Virus record (IMG/VR): IMGVR_UViG_3300021254_000026 | Location: 44,010 to 108,009 of that record | Reading direction: 5' to 3' (one strand) | DNA length: 64,000 bases | Source of the DNA: a virus | Lineage: Duplodnaviria; Caudoviricetes | Shown here: in pieces, positions 18,665 to 31,349 of the stretch | Layout: the number at the start of each line of letters is the position of its first letter | Position numbering within the stretch: the first letter of the stretch is position 1 | Position numbers and translations under genes: made by a program | Notes under the pieces: model-generated | What the model saw: only the letters and a program-made list of their open reading frames with translations | Databases searched by the model: none | Told to the model about the DNA's origin: nothing

Positions 18665-19519
18665 ATGTATGAAGTAAAAATTTACACACTTTCATCGAAT
18701 AGAAATATAAATGATATTCGATATGTTGGAAAGACAACTCAAAAATTAAAACGTAGACTCCAAGGACATTTATGTGATGCTAGAAAATCTAAAAAGGAAC
18801 ATAAAAATAATTATGTTCACAATTGGATAAATGAAGAAATAAATGCTGGATACGAGATTGTAATAGAAGAAATTGATTCTATGATATTTGAAAACAAAGA
18901 TAATTGGAAATGGTTAGAACGTTATTGGATTTCTCAAATGAAAATTTGGGGATTTAATTTAACAAATTATACCGAAGGAGGAGAAGATAATTATCTTCCT
19001 AATCCAACACAAGAAACTATTAGAAAAAGAGCTAATAAAATCATAGGAATAGAAAGAGATTTAGAAACAAAACAAAAAATTTCAAAAAGTTTAAAAGGAA
19101 TAAAAAGATCTGAGGAAACTAAAGAAAAAGTTAGAAAAAGTATAATAGATCTTCAAGGTAGATCCATACAACAATTTGATAAAAATGGAAAATTTATTAA
19201 AGAATGGGAAGGTTGTGCTACAGCAGCAAGAGAATTGAACTTAGATAAATCTAATATAAATTCTGTTTGTAGAGGAAAACGTAAAACTTGCGGAGGATTT
19301 ATTTGGATGTATACTGATGATAACTTAGAGATTGATAAAAGTAATTACATTGTTCAACTAGATTTAGATGGTAATTTTATCGCAGAATATTCTTCAGCTG
19401 CTGAAGCTGAAAGAATATTAAAAATAAACGCGAATCTCATTAGAAGAACTTGTAAAAAAATTCAACCTCAAACTTATAATTTTGTTTTTAAATTTTATAA
19501 AGACTATTACAATAATTAA
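18665..19519 (+). CDS. GIY-YIG homing endonuclease with NUMOD3/NUMOD1-like repeats
   Basis: KIYTL...RYVGKT...RRLQGH; RSEETKEK; QFDKNGKFIKEW repeats. Confidence 0.9.
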   Translation: MYEVKIYTLSSNRNINDIRYVGKTTQKLKRRLQGHLCDARKSKKEHKNNYVHNWINEEINAGYEIVIEEIDSMIFENKDNWKWLERYWISQMKIWGFNLTNYTEGGEDNYLPNPTQETIRKRANKIIGIERDLETKQKISKSLKGIKRSEETKEKVRKSIIDLQGRSIQQFDKNGKFIKEWEGCATAARELNLDKSNINSVCRGKRKTCGGFIWMYTDDNLEIDKSNYIVQLDLDGNFIAEYSSAAEAERILKINANLIRRTCKKIQPQTYNFVFKFYKDYYNN

Positions 19520-19631
19520 TTATCATTTTATAATGAATATTTAGTCTCAACTATAAAGAAATTTATAGAGAAATATAATTGGAATTAGTTTAATCACCTA
19601 ATTTATTTAAACAATTGTATTCAAGATTTTG

Positions 19632-19862
19632 AAAATGTTAACTCAAGCTATTAATCTTGATGGACTTTTTTCATACACTATTTATGCTGAAAGATATATC
19701 GATGATCAAGATGATGAAGTAAAATATAGGTTCAGAACAAGAACTAATGGAAACGATACTTGTCGTTCTGTAGAAGGATGTTTTGCAGAAAAATATATTG
19801 AACCAAATATGCAATTGGTAATAGATACTATTAATAAATTTGAAGAAGGCGAAAACGAATGA
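19632..19862 (+). CDS. AAA_24-type ATPase, exon 2
   Basis: KMLTQAINLDGLFSYT...CRSVEGCF; spliced product 233 aa. Confidence 0.85.
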   Translation, partial: KMLTQAINLDGLFSYTIYAERYIDDQDDEVKYRFRTRTNGNDTCRSVEGCFAEKYIEPNMQLVIDTINKFEEGENE

Positions 19863-20413
19863 GTTGGAAAGTAAATTCTATTAAAGTAACTTATGAACTT
19901 GTTGATGAAACAACAGGTGAGATTATTACAGAAACAAGAGAACTTGGTGAAGGAACTGTAAAGAAACCTAGAGCTTCTAGAAGTAAAAAGAATGAAGACA
20001 CAGATCCTACACCTAAAGCTATATTACTTGATAATAAAATTCAGCTTAATAATGCAGCAGTAGAATTGACTGGTTTTCAAGCTGACGACAAAATTAATGT
20101 AAAATATGAAAAGAAGGGGAGAATAACTACTCCTGTAATGTTGTTAGATGAAAAAGAAGGTAACAGACTTACAAAAACAAACACAATATCTTGCAGAGGA
20201 TCTAAACGAGAAGAGTTACTCAAGTTTGGAGACACCTTTATTGTTGAGGAACATCCTAGTGTAGTAGGAACTTTTATATTAAAAGGAAATGTCGAAATTG
20301 AAGATGATATTGTAGATATTCCAGAAGAAATTGCTTCTGATGATGAAATAGATGATTCACTTGATGACATCAATGATGATGTTAATCTTGACACTTTTAA
20401 ATTTGAATTTTAA
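19859..20413 (+). CDS. hypothetical protein with acidic tail
   Basis: 184 aa; D/E-rich C-terminus ending FKFEF. Confidence 0.75.
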   Translation: MSWKVNSIKVTYELVDETTGEIITETRELGEGTVKKPRASRSKKNEDTDPTPKAILLDNKIQLNNAAVELTGFQADDKINVKYEKKGRITTPVMLLDEKEGNRLTKTNTISCRGSKREELLKFGDTFIVEEHPSVVGTFILKGNVEIEDDIVDIPEEIASDDEIDDSLDDINDDVNLDTFKFEF

Positions 20414-21102
20414 TGGGTATGTTTGAATTTGGTACACTTGCAACGAATGACTTTACTAGCTCTGCTAGCAGATCTTTGAAACCTTTTGGTATTTATGAAG
20501 TTTCTTTAACTGATATATCTTTGAAAGATATTCAAGGTAAGAAAGATCCAAATGCTGTGTATCATACAATTCATTTGGAATTTACTGGTGACGAAGGTAC
20601 TTATCAAGAAAATCTTTTTATTCCATCTACTGAACAAGATGATACTAGACCAGTATTTAAAAATGCAGCAGGACACGAGTATCAAAGACCTTCTAGATTT
20701 GAAGAATATCAGTTTAAATTAATGCAAATAGTTGAAGCTATTAATCCAACAAGAGCAAAGAAAATTAAAGAAAATAGTTCTAAAATTAAAACTGTTGAAA
20801 CTTTTAACGATTTAATCATCAAAGCCCTTACTGGTAAATCTGATGTAAAAGTTAAGCTTAAGCTTGTTGGAAGGAATGTTAATGGAACTGTTTATGCACA
20901 ACTTCCAAATGCTTGTGGATTAAATAAAGAAAACAAATTGTTTCCTATTAATTTTATTGGAAATGATTTATTCTTTAGTGCATACGAACAGCAACAGGCT
21001 GAACAATATAAAAATGCTAAACCTACAGTAATGAATAGTAGTGTTCTCGCATCTACTGATGAAGATTCTGATAGTTTAGATGTTTCTGACTTGGAGCTTT
21101 AA
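20413..21102 (+). CDS. putative single-stranded DNA-binding protein
   Basis: GIYEVSL...HLEF beta pattern, acidic tail, position between ATPase and primase (inference). Confidence 0.55.
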   Translation: MGMFEFGTLATNDFTSSASRSLKPFGIYEVSLTDISLKDIQGKKDPNAVYHTIHLEFTGDEGTYQENLFIPSTEQDDTRPVFKNAAGHEYQRPSRFEEYQFKLMQIVEAINPTRAKKIKENSSKIKTVETFNDLIIKALTGKSDVKVKLKLVGRNVNGTVYAQLPNACGLNKENKLFPINFIGNDLFFSAYEQQQAEQYKNAKPTVMNSSVLASTDEDSDSLDVSDLEL

Positions 21103-21103
21103 T

Positions 21104-21134
21104 TTTGAAAATATTTAGATTCTTGATATAATTA
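21104..21134 (+). promoter_or_regulatory. variant promoter (probable leaderless primase mRNA)
   Basis: TTTG-N19-TATAATTA, 4 nt before ATG 21139. Confidence 0.55.
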
Positions 21135-21138
21135 AAGA

Positions 21139-22140
21139 ATGGAATTTAAATTTTTAGTAAAACCACAAATTACAAAAGAATATATTCTTTCTAAAGTAAG
21201 TCAAGAATCTATATTTAACTTCTATACTGGAATGGAGGTAACTAGTAAGAAATTACAGTTATCTCCATTTCGGGCTGATAATAAGGTTACAGTATCCTTT
21301 TATAGATCAAAGAATGATATAGTTTATCTTCATGACTTTGCTACGAATGAACATATTAGTTGTTTTCAGGCAGTTATGAAGTTATTCAATCTTAACTATT
21401 ATCAAGCTCTTGATAAAATAGCTGCTGATTTTAAATTAACAGATAATTATTCACCAGATACACAAAGAATAGAGTTTCAACCAGAATTACAAGAGAATAA
21501 ATCTTCTATAATTCAATGTCAGATTAAAGAATATACTGTAGAGGAATTAGAATGGTGGAAATCTTTTGGAATAAATCAAAAACTACTTAAGAAGTTTCAT
21601 ATATTCTCGATTAAACACGTATTTTTAAATGGAGATTTAAAATTTACTAGTTCTGATAAAAATCCAATTTATGGTTATTATTTTGGAAAAGATAAGAATG
21701 GAAATGAACAATGGAAAATTTATTTTCCTTTAAGAACCGAATTTAGATTTTTAGGTAATCTTAAGAAAAAAGTTTTACAAGGCTATAAACAATTGCCAAA
21801 AAAAGACGATTTATTAGTTATTACAAAAAGTATGAAAGATGTAGTTAGTATGTATGGATTTGGAATTAATGCTGTTGCCCCTAATTCTGAAACATTGTTT
21901 ATTTCTGATAAGCAACTTGAAGAATTTAAATCTAGATTTAAATACATTCTTGTTTTATACGATAATGATAGGCCCGGAAAACACAATCTTTGGAAAATTA
22001 GAAAAGATCATCCAGAATTAAACTATTTCTGTATGCCTAAAACATTAGAAAAAGATTTTACTGATACTATTGCTAAATACGGTGTAGAAAAAATGAGAGA
22101 ATTAATTAATGATTTTAAATTAAATTATAAATTAAAATGA
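21139..22140 (+). CDS. dnaG: DNA primase (TOPRIM)
   Basis: SPFRADN N-domain, ITKSMKDV, LYDNDRPG, KDFTD. Confidence 0.88.
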   Translation: MEFKFLVKPQITKEYILSKVSQESIFNFYTGMEVTSKKLQLSPFRADNKVTVSFYRSKNDIVYLHDFATNEHISCFQAVMKLFNLNYYQALDKIAADFKLTDNYSPDTQRIEFQPELQENKSSIIQCQIKEYTVEELEWWKSFGINQKLLKKFHIFSIKHVFLNGDLKFTSSDKNPIYGYYFGKDKNGNEQWKIYFPLRTEFRFLGNLKKKVLQGYKQLPKKDDLLVITKSMKDVVSMYGFGINAVAPNSETLFISDKQLEEFKSRFKYILVLYDNDRPGKHNLWKIRKDHPELNYFCMPKTLEKDFTDTIAKYGVEKMRELINDFKLNYKLK

Positions 22141-22216
22141 AACAAGATAACATAGATGGATGTGGGTGTTTATTGATGTTGTGGTTAATATTTTTAATAA
22201 TTTACTTTATTATTAT

Positions 22217-22399
22217 ATGAAAGTCTATATAGCTAAAGATTGGACAGGTGTTTGGGTATTTGCCAATCAACCTCATTTGTCAGAAAATTTTGGAGGAGTT
22301 CTCCCAACTTGGAATGGTCATAAATTAACTTTCTTTAAGTTAGCAGAAGATTGGAATGATAAATTAAAAATTAATACTTTTGATGAATTTAATATTTGA
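22217..22399 (+). CDS. small hypothetical protein
   Basis: Likely start ATG 22217 (ATGA overlap with a 27-aa hydrophobic ORF 22137..22220). Confidence 0.55.
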   Translation: MKVYIAKDWTGVWVFANQPHLSENFGGVLPTWNGHKLTFFKLAEDWNDKLKINTFDEFNI

Positions 22400-22428
22400 T
22401 GGAGTATAGGTAAAATTATAAAATAATT

Positions 22429-23570
22429 ATGTATAAAATATTTGCATCTATAGTCGATGATGAAACTAGAAAACAAGTAGAAGAACTATCAAAATCTGAG
22501 GCTTATTCAGATTGTGAAATTAGAGTAATGCCTGATTGTCATGCAGGAAAAGGATGTACAATTGGTAGTGTAATTCAAATTAAAGATAGAATAGTACCAA
22601 ATACAGTCGGAGTAGATATTGGATGTGGTATGCTCGTATGCGCTTTAGGTGATGTAGATATTAATTTAGAAGAATTAGATCATATTATAAATACTAATAT
22701 TCCATCTGGGTTTAATATCAGAGAAAATGCTTTAAAGTGTTTTTCTAAAAATTTTATTGCTGATGTACATGATTGGAGTTATATTCAAAAGTCCTTAGGA
22801 ACTCTAGGGGGAGGTAATCATTTTATTGAACTTGATATTGATGAAAATAATAACAAGTATATTGTAATACATTCTGGAAGTAGAAATCTTGGAGTTCAAA
22901 TATGTAATTATTGGCAAAATATAGCAATATCTAAGTTTGTCAGTAAAAAAGAAATAATTAATAACTTAATTAAATCTTTAAAAGAACAGGGAAGAGAAAA
23001 AGAAATCCAATCTGAATTAAAGAAATTACAACTTCCAAAAGTCAATGAGGATTTAGCATATTTAGAAGGAAAAGACTTAGAAAATTACTTACATGATATG
23101 CAAATATGTCAGAAATTTGCTTCTGATAACAGAAAAGCAATGATGAATATAATTCTTCATGAGTTAAAACTATCTCCTATTTATACGTTTGAAACTATTC
23201 ATAATTATTTAGATATTGAATCTAAAATAATTAGAAAGGGTGCTATTAGAGCTAATAAAGATGAAACAGTAATTATACCTATGAATATGCGTGACGGTTC
23301 ATTAATTTGTATTGGAAAAGGTAATAAGGATTGGTTATATTCTGCTCCACACGGTGCTGGTAGAATTATGTCAAGAAAACAAGCTCTTGAGTCGATAGAT
23401 ATTAATGACTTTAAAAACAGTATGGATGGAATATACTCTACATCTATTTGTGAATCTACTAAAGATGAAGCTCCTATGGTTTATAAGCCAATGGATGTAA
23501 TAGTTGAAGATATAAAAGATACTGTTGAGATAATTAATGTTATTAAACCAATTTATAATTTTAAAGCTAA

Positions 23571-23574
<4 letters not shown>
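22429..23574 (+). CDS. rtcB: RtcB RNA ligase
   Basis: MPDCHAGKG, VGVDIGCG, GTLGGGNHFIE, HSGSR, HGAGR, DEAPMVYK. Confidence 0.97.
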
Positions 23575-25879
<2,305 letters not shown>

Positions 25880-25883
<4 letters not shown>

Positions 25884-26413
25884 AAAAACTCAGAATAGGT
25901 TCCGATCTTGACGATACTCTGAATGTTTGGTTTGATATATATGTAAAACGTTTTGGATTTCCTAAAAATGATTATGAAATTACAAAAAATTGTCAGCAAA
26001 AGCTTAGAAAGGATAAGGATTTTTGGATTAATCTCCCTGTGTTACATCGTCCTAATTTTAATGTACATCTTTACTGCACTAAAAGAACATCTAGTAAAGA
26101 TTACGCAAAGAGATGGCTTGAAATAAACGGATTTAATGAAGCCCCTATATATCAGTGTTTTTATCAATATGGGAGTAAAGCTCCGCTTATTAAAGGAAAA
26201 TGCGATTTATTTATTGATGATAGTCCTTCTAACTTTCTTGATTTAAATAGAAAAGGAATTCCTTGTTTACTGATGGACGGACCGCACAATAGACATTTAG
26301 GTGAGATCCTTAGAGTTTATTCAATGGATTATGATGAACTGTTTGAAACTTTTGTTTTAGGACAAGTTACGAACATATTCAAAGATTTTGAAATGTATTT
26401 TCCTAAAAATTAA
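25880..26413 (+). CDS. HAD-superfamily 5'(3')-nucleotidase-like protein
   Basis: SDLDDT, FIDDSP, PHNR. Confidence 0.75.
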
Positions 26414-26415
26414 TT

Positions 26416-26682
26416 ATGATATATAATTTACAAAAAGAAATATCTAGAGACATACTTGAAAACGGAGTGTATGAGTCTTTAAGTTCTCCTTTAAAGAATG
26501 AAGATTTTACAGAGTATAGTAAAAGAATTTGTAAAGAAATTGACGATTGCCCATATTTGTATTGTCCAGATTATAACTTATTAGTTCCAATTAGTGAAGA
26601 ATTAATATGTAATAATGATAGTGTATATGGCGAGTTAGCTAATTTGATTTACGAAAGATGGAATTATGAAAATAGATTTTGA
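26416..26682 (+). CDS. hypothetical protein
   Basis: 88 aa. Confidence 0.65.
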   Translation: MIYNLQKEISRDILENGVYESLSSPLKNEDFTEYSKRICKEIDDCPYLYCPDYNLLVPISEELICNNDSVYGELANLIYERWNYENRF

Positions 26683-27694
26683 TTTATCTAAAATTAAAAT
26701 AACTCCTTTGTTAGAAACTTTAGTTCTTGAAGATATAAGTGATAATGACTATTTTTCAGAAAAATATTCAGATAGAATATCTAATTCTAGACTAGGATTA
26801 CTTAAATCTAAAGGGGCTAAAGCTTTTTTTAATAATGAGAAATTAGGATTTAATAGTTCATTTCAATTTGGGGGAGATCTTCACGCTCTTATACTTCAAC
26901 CAGAATCTTTTGAACTAATAGAAGGAGTAAATAAACCTACTGCAAAAGCGGGATTAGTTGCAGATTGGCTTTATAAAGGAGAAGAAACTTTTCCTTCAGA
27001 TGATGATATTAAAGTTGCATCTATTAAGTGTTCTTATTATAAAGATAAATTAACTCAAAAGAGAATTGATGAATTTAGGCAAAAAGCAGAACCTTATTGG
27101 AAGCAAAGATTTATATATGAAATGAATAATCCTAAATCCGATAAAATTAGAATTTATACAGATGAAAAGAGTCAGAATTTATTAAAATTTTGTATGGAAT
27201 CTATAAATTCTAATGAACAAATACAGGAACTTTTACATCCTTCTGGATTGATAGAAGATCCATATTCTACTTGTGAAAAGACAATTTTAATGGATATACA
27301 AGTAGAAATTCCAGGATATGATCCTGTAATATATAAGTTTAAATCTAAACTTGATAATTTTACAATAGATAAAGAAAATAATGTTATTACAGTTAACGAT
27401 TTAAAAACTACATCTAGATTAGCTAAAGATTTTAAAGAAGTCATAGATTATTATTCATATAATAGAGAAATAGCTATCTATTCTTGGTTGTTGTCATATT
27501 GTTCTAAAAAGTTTTTTAATATGAATAATGCTACAATTAAAGGAAATTTTTTAGTAGTATCAACAATTCCTGAATACGATACTGCCGTTTATCCTATGAC
27601 TCCAGAATTATTTAGAAGAGGATTTAAAGAGTTTGTATATTTAATGAGAGTTGTAGCTTATTTAAATATTATAAAAGGTTATAAATTTAGTTAA
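26666..27694 (+). CDS. PD-(D/E)xK exonuclease (RecE/ExoVIII-like)
   Basis: ISNSRL, FGGDLHALILQP, KSKLD...NDLKTT, YNREIAIY. Confidence 0.85.
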   Translation: MKIDFDLSKIKITPLLETLVLEDISDNDYFSEKYSDRISNSRLGLLKSKGAKAFFNNEKLGFNSSFQFGGDLHALILQPESFELIEGVNKPTAKAGLVADWLYKGEETFPSDDDIKVASIKCSYYKDKLTQKRIDEFRQKAEPYWKQRFIYEMNNPKSDKIRIYTDEKSQNLLKFCMESINSNEQIQELLHPSGLIEDPYSTCEKTILMDIQVEIPGYDPVIYKFKSKLDNFTIDKENNVITVNDLKTTSRLAKDFKEVIDYYSYNREIAIYSWLLSYCSKKFFNMNNATIKGNFLVVSTIPEYDTAVYPMTPELFRRGFKEFVYLMRVVAYLNIIKGYKFS

Positions 27695-27695
27695 T

Positions 27696-28022
27696 ATGTT
27701 ATTTGAAGATTTAAATAATCTTTATAAACAAAATTTTTCTTTAGGCTATTTAGGTAAGTCTATTGAGAATAAGTTGGCTTTAATTAGTTTAATTTGTTAT
27801 GTTACATATAAATATAGACTTAAGAAGCCAGATGTAACTTATTATCAAGTTATAATGAAAATATGTGATGGATTAGGTTTCTCAGAAGACCTAATAAAAG
27901 CTCTTGCAATAATTTGTGAGGATTTTGGATATATGTGTACTGAATTTCCAACTTTTGGATTAAAAGGAAATGAAGTTATAAACAAGATCCGAGAATTATT
28001 GAACAACTATTTACCTTTTTAA
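27696..28022 (+). CDS. hypothetical protein
   Basis: 108 aa. Confidence 0.7.
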   Translation: MLFEDLNNLYKQNFSLGYLGKSIENKLALISLICYVTYKYRLKKPDVTYYQVIMKICDGLGFSEDLIKALAIICEDFGYMCTEFPTFGLKGNEVINKIRELLNNYLPF

Positions 28023-28069
28023 TGAGATTTTGTCTCATTAAAATTTTTTAAAATTTTTCTTAAAATCAT

Positions 28070-28099
28070 TTTGATTTTTTTATCAAGATGATATATTAA
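28070..28099 (+). promoter_or_regulatory. variant promoter
   Basis: TTTG-N18-TATATTAA; shares TTTTGATTTTT...AAGATGATATATTAAT with 8210-8242. Confidence 0.55.
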
Positions 28100-28187
28100 T
28101 ATTACGATTTCCCAATGAGGGAAATTTAAGTTTATTATTTAAATAAATTAGATACTTATGAAAATGAATTAAATGTGAATTATTATT

Positions 28188-28724
28188 ATGGAAAACAAAA
28201 TTTTTAGAAAACTCGAAGTTGTTGGTACTACCAAAGATGAAGCTATTGAAAATGCACCCTTTAAGCTCCGTGTAAACGCTACTCAAGCTTATGAAAAGTG
28301 GCGCAAGTCTGCAAAAGACGTCAGCGATGCTGCTGTATCTGAATGGATGAAGGAGTATTTGAAGACTAAGAAGTTTAATACTGCTGGCGATGGTGCATAT
28401 ATCGTAATTCAGTCTCCTGTAGGCGATACTCGTAAGCGTCCTTATCAAGTAGAAAAGATCAAGCATGATGCTAAGACTCATACTCCTCAGTTGATGTATG
28501 TAGTTCGTGATGCAGCTGGTCAAGTAATTGCTACTGAAAAGAAGAGTGTTGACGCTCTCAACGCAGCTAAAGAATTTACTACCGACATGCGTGAGGACGC
28601 TTATGTTAAGAGAGAAGGCGTAATTAAGGAAGGTAATGATCTTTACGCAATAGTACACTATACTCCTAGTAAGGGTACTCAAAATGCAATTCTCTTGTGC
28701 TTTGGTTATATCGACGTTGACTAA
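28188..28724 (+). CDS. hypothetical protein, probably highly expressed
   Basis: Stand-alone unit; codons enriched in AAG/CGT/GAC/AAC relative to neighbours. Confidence 0.8.
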   Translation: MENKIFRKLEVVGTTKDEAIENAPFKLRVNATQAYEKWRKSAKDVSDAAVSEWMKEYLKTKKFNTAGDGAYIVIQSPVGDTRKRPYQVEKIKHDAKTHTPQLMYVVRDAAGQVIATEKKSVDALNAAKEFTTDMREDAYVKREGVIKEGNDLYAIVHYTPSKGTQNAILLCFGYIDVD

Positions 28725-28746
28725 TAGAGTTTTCTATTAATATATT

Positions 28747-28787
28747 GAATAGGTGGGCAATTAAATTTGTCCACCTATTCTTATTTT
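28747..28787 (+). terminator. intrinsic terminator
   Basis: GAATAGGTGGGCAA/TTGTCCACCTATTC plus T-rich tail. Confidence 0.8.
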
Positions 28788-28823
28788 ATAAGTTATTAAA
28801 TCGAATTATTAAAACATTGAAAA

Positions 28824-30335
28824 ATGAGTAATCCAATTTCGAAAAATAAAATTAAAGAAATAATTAAAGAATTAAAAAATACCAAAGCTGAATCTTTGTC
28901 AGACGCAGCAAAGAAAAACGGGCACACAATAAGTTATTATAGTTCACTAATTTATAAAGCCAAGAAGTATTTTAGTGGAACTGATTTATTGAATGAATTA
29001 CTTGAAGTAACATCTAATTTTAATCAAAAATCTAAAGTAAGTCAAGATATTGAAACAGACGATAGAGCTGTTACCGAAGTAGAACGCGATGAAAATGGAA
29101 ATATTCAGTATTATACGTTTGAAATCTTTAGAAAAAATAATCCTACATTAAGAGGAAAACTTTCTCGTTCTGAAATGGAAACAATTTATAGATTATATTC
29201 TATTTATGGTGCAAATCTTACTCAGAAAATTGTTTCCAGAGAGTTTCCTCAATATACCTTTGTAGAATTTAAACGGATTCTTCACGCTTTTAATATTTAT
29301 AAAAGTGATTCTGAATTTCCTCTTCACATGATTGAAGAAAAATCTGAGGAAGATCTTATTAATTTACATAATAAGAATAAAGAGAACAATCTCCTTAGAA
29401 AATTAGAAAAGAATGAACTCCGTGATACTCAGAAATTACTTGAAAAAATATATAAAGAAAATCAAGAACTTAAAGAACAGTCTGGAGTTTGGGAATTTGA
29501 GATTACAAATAATGTTACTCCTGTATATTCAAACGAATTTATTAAATCCGATAACGATTTAATATTGTATCTTTCTGATCTCCATATAGGAGCAACTCTT
29601 GAATCTGGTGCATTAACAGATTTTAATTGGGATGAACAAGAATTAGAAAGAAGACTTTTTGCTCTTATCAATAAAATTAAAGACTTCGGAAAACTTGATA
29701 ATCTTGTAATTTGTTTACTTGGTGATTCTCTTGATGGAATGGATAGAATGACTGCTAGACGAGATCACGTAATGCCTCAGAATATGGATAATCGCCAACA
29801 ATATAATATATTTATTAACAAAATGATTAAATTTATTGGAGGGTGTATCGGATTAGCAAATCATATTAAAATTTACGCTGTTCCAGGAGGTAATCATGAT
29901 GGAGATTTTGGATATGTTGCTCATAGTGCATTAGGATATGCTATTGGAGTTAAATTTCCAGAAGTTGAATATACTTTGTTTGATAAATTCTTTGGACATT
30001 TCGCTTTTAAGAATCATAACTTCCTTATCTGTCATGGTAAAGATAAGCAGTTTATGAAGAAGCCTCTTCCTCTTCATCTTAACGACAAGGTTTCCGACTG
30101 GATTAAAGATTTTATTATTGATGAAGATATTCCTACAAGAAATCTTCATGTAGTAAAGGGCGACTTACATACCGAAGCCTATGATGATTGTCGACAATTT
30201 GATTATAGAAATGTACTAAGCTTATTTGGAAGCTCTGATTATTCTCTTTATAATTTTAGAAGAAATAATTATGGAGTTTCTTATGATTTATTTATAAACA
30301 ATAATTTAGTTCGTGGAACATTTCAAGACTTTTAA
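28824..30335 (+). CDS. calcineurin-like metallophosphoesterase with long N-terminal region
   Basis: SDLHIG, LGDSLDG, GGNHD, CHG, GDLH. Confidence 0.85.
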   Translation: MSNPISKNKIKEIIKELKNTKAESLSDAAKKNGHTISYYSSLIYKAKKYFSGTDLLNELLEVTSNFNQKSKVSQDIETDDRAVTEVERDENGNIQYYTFEIFRKNNPTLRGKLSRSEMETIYRLYSIYGANLTQKIVSREFPQYTFVEFKRILHAFNIYKSDSEFPLHMIEEKSEEDLINLHNKNKENNLLRKLEKNELRDTQKLLEKIYKENQELKEQSGVWEFEITNNVTPVYSNEFIKSDNDLILYLSDLHIGATLESGALTDFNWDEQELERRLFALINKIKDFGKLDNLVICLLGDSLDGMDRMTARRDHVMPQNMDNRQQYNIFINKMIKFIGGCIGLANHIKIYAVPGGNHDGDFGYVAHSALGYAIGVKFPEVEYTLFDKFFGHFAFKNHNFLICHGKDKQFMKKPLPLHLNDKVSDWIKDFIIDEDIPTRNLHVVKGDLHTEAYDDCRQFDYRNVLSLFGSSDYSLYNFRRNNYGVSYDLFINNNLVRGTFQDF

Positions 30336-30337
30336 TT

Positions 30338-31024
30338 ATGACTAGACACGAAGTATTAGAACAAGCTTGTGCCCAGTGTATGAAGGAACTATATGAATAT
30401 GTAGTTCCTCATATAACTTGGAATCAATTTAAGAAGGAATGTGAAGAATATTCTAAGCGGTATAAGGAGTGGGAATCTAAATGTAACAATGAATGGAAAG
30501 GAAAATCCATTACTGAATGCATTGGACCAAAACCGTATGAGTTTTATTATCTTCCTAAAGAAATTCTAGACGATATTTGTAACTCTTATATTTATGCATA
30601 TAAGTTAAATGCAAAACAAGAATTACTTGATACCATTTGTGTATTAAAAAATTATTGTAAAAAACCGATAGTTGATAAATATATTGAAGGAGAATTGCGC
30701 GAAGATGGAACTAGATGGCCTGGACATAGAGGTTATGATCATCCTGATAATTTAGCTGTTCAAGTAAATGATATATTAAACAATAAACATCCAGAAACAG
30801 AACTTGTTGTAAATAAATTCTTTGAGTTTCTTGATATGGCTGGAAATTTCTTTAACTGGAATAGAGATTTAAATAGTTTTAATGTGACTGTTTATCTTGG
30901 TCCAAGTCCAAACTCTAACAAGGAAGCAGTTATTAAAAATTGGAAGAAATATAGGAATCAAGATATTGAGATAGACGAAAACAAAATTAAAGAAAATTAT
31001 TATGGAGAAGAAATTGACGATTAG
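30338..31024 (+). CDS. hypothetical protein
   Basis: 228 aa. Confidence 0.8.
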   Translation: MTRHEVLEQACAQCMKELYEYVVPHITWNQFKKECEEYSKRYKEWESKCNNEWKGKSITECIGPKPYEFYYLPKEILDDICNSYIYAYKLNAKQELLDTICVLKNYCKKPIVDKYIEGELREDGTRWPGHRGYDHPDNLAVQVNDILNNKHPETELVVNKFFEFLDMAGNFFNWNRDLNSFNVTVYLGPSPNSNKEAVIKNWKKYRNQDIEIDENKIKENYYGEEIDD

Positions 31025-31349
31025 TGACATATTTTACTTTGTCAATCAAGCAATGGAACGTGATGTTGTTTTAAAGTCGGAACATTATACACTGGTAGAA
31101 AGTAAAGATTTTTGGATTAAACATAAAGATTTTGATATAATATGTAATTATACTGATAAAAAAATTATTGTGCAAAATAGAAAAAATAATGTAACAAAAT
31201 TAGATGTTACTGATATGGACATTGCTCAATTCAAGGTTCTTTGGGAAAAAGTTAAACAGTATTCTGAAAATATGCTTTGTAACAAATTCTTAAAGTATTT
31301 CACATCTGAAGATAATACAATTAAAACAATAGACCAAATTGATGATTAA
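31002..31349 (+). CDS. hypothetical protein
   Basis: 115 aa. Confidence 0.7.
   Translation: MEKKLTISDIFYFVNQAMERDVVLKSEHYTLVESKDFWIKHKDFDIICNYTDKKIIVQNRKNNVTKLDVTDMDIAQFKVLWEKVKQYSENMLCNKFLKYFTSEDNTIKTIDQIDD

Larger units (their letters stand above)
18431..19631 (+). mobile_element. group I intron with homing endonuclease
   Basis: Exon ends in U with P1 ACTGGT/GCCTGT; core AATTCGGTGAA, AATACCGAG, GTAACGACTAG, ATATTTAGTC; terminal G at 19631; removal restores the frame. Confidence 0.9.

Noticed and set aside
28083-28682. 199-aa antisense ORF
   Set aside because: Shadow of the codon-biased 28188 gene
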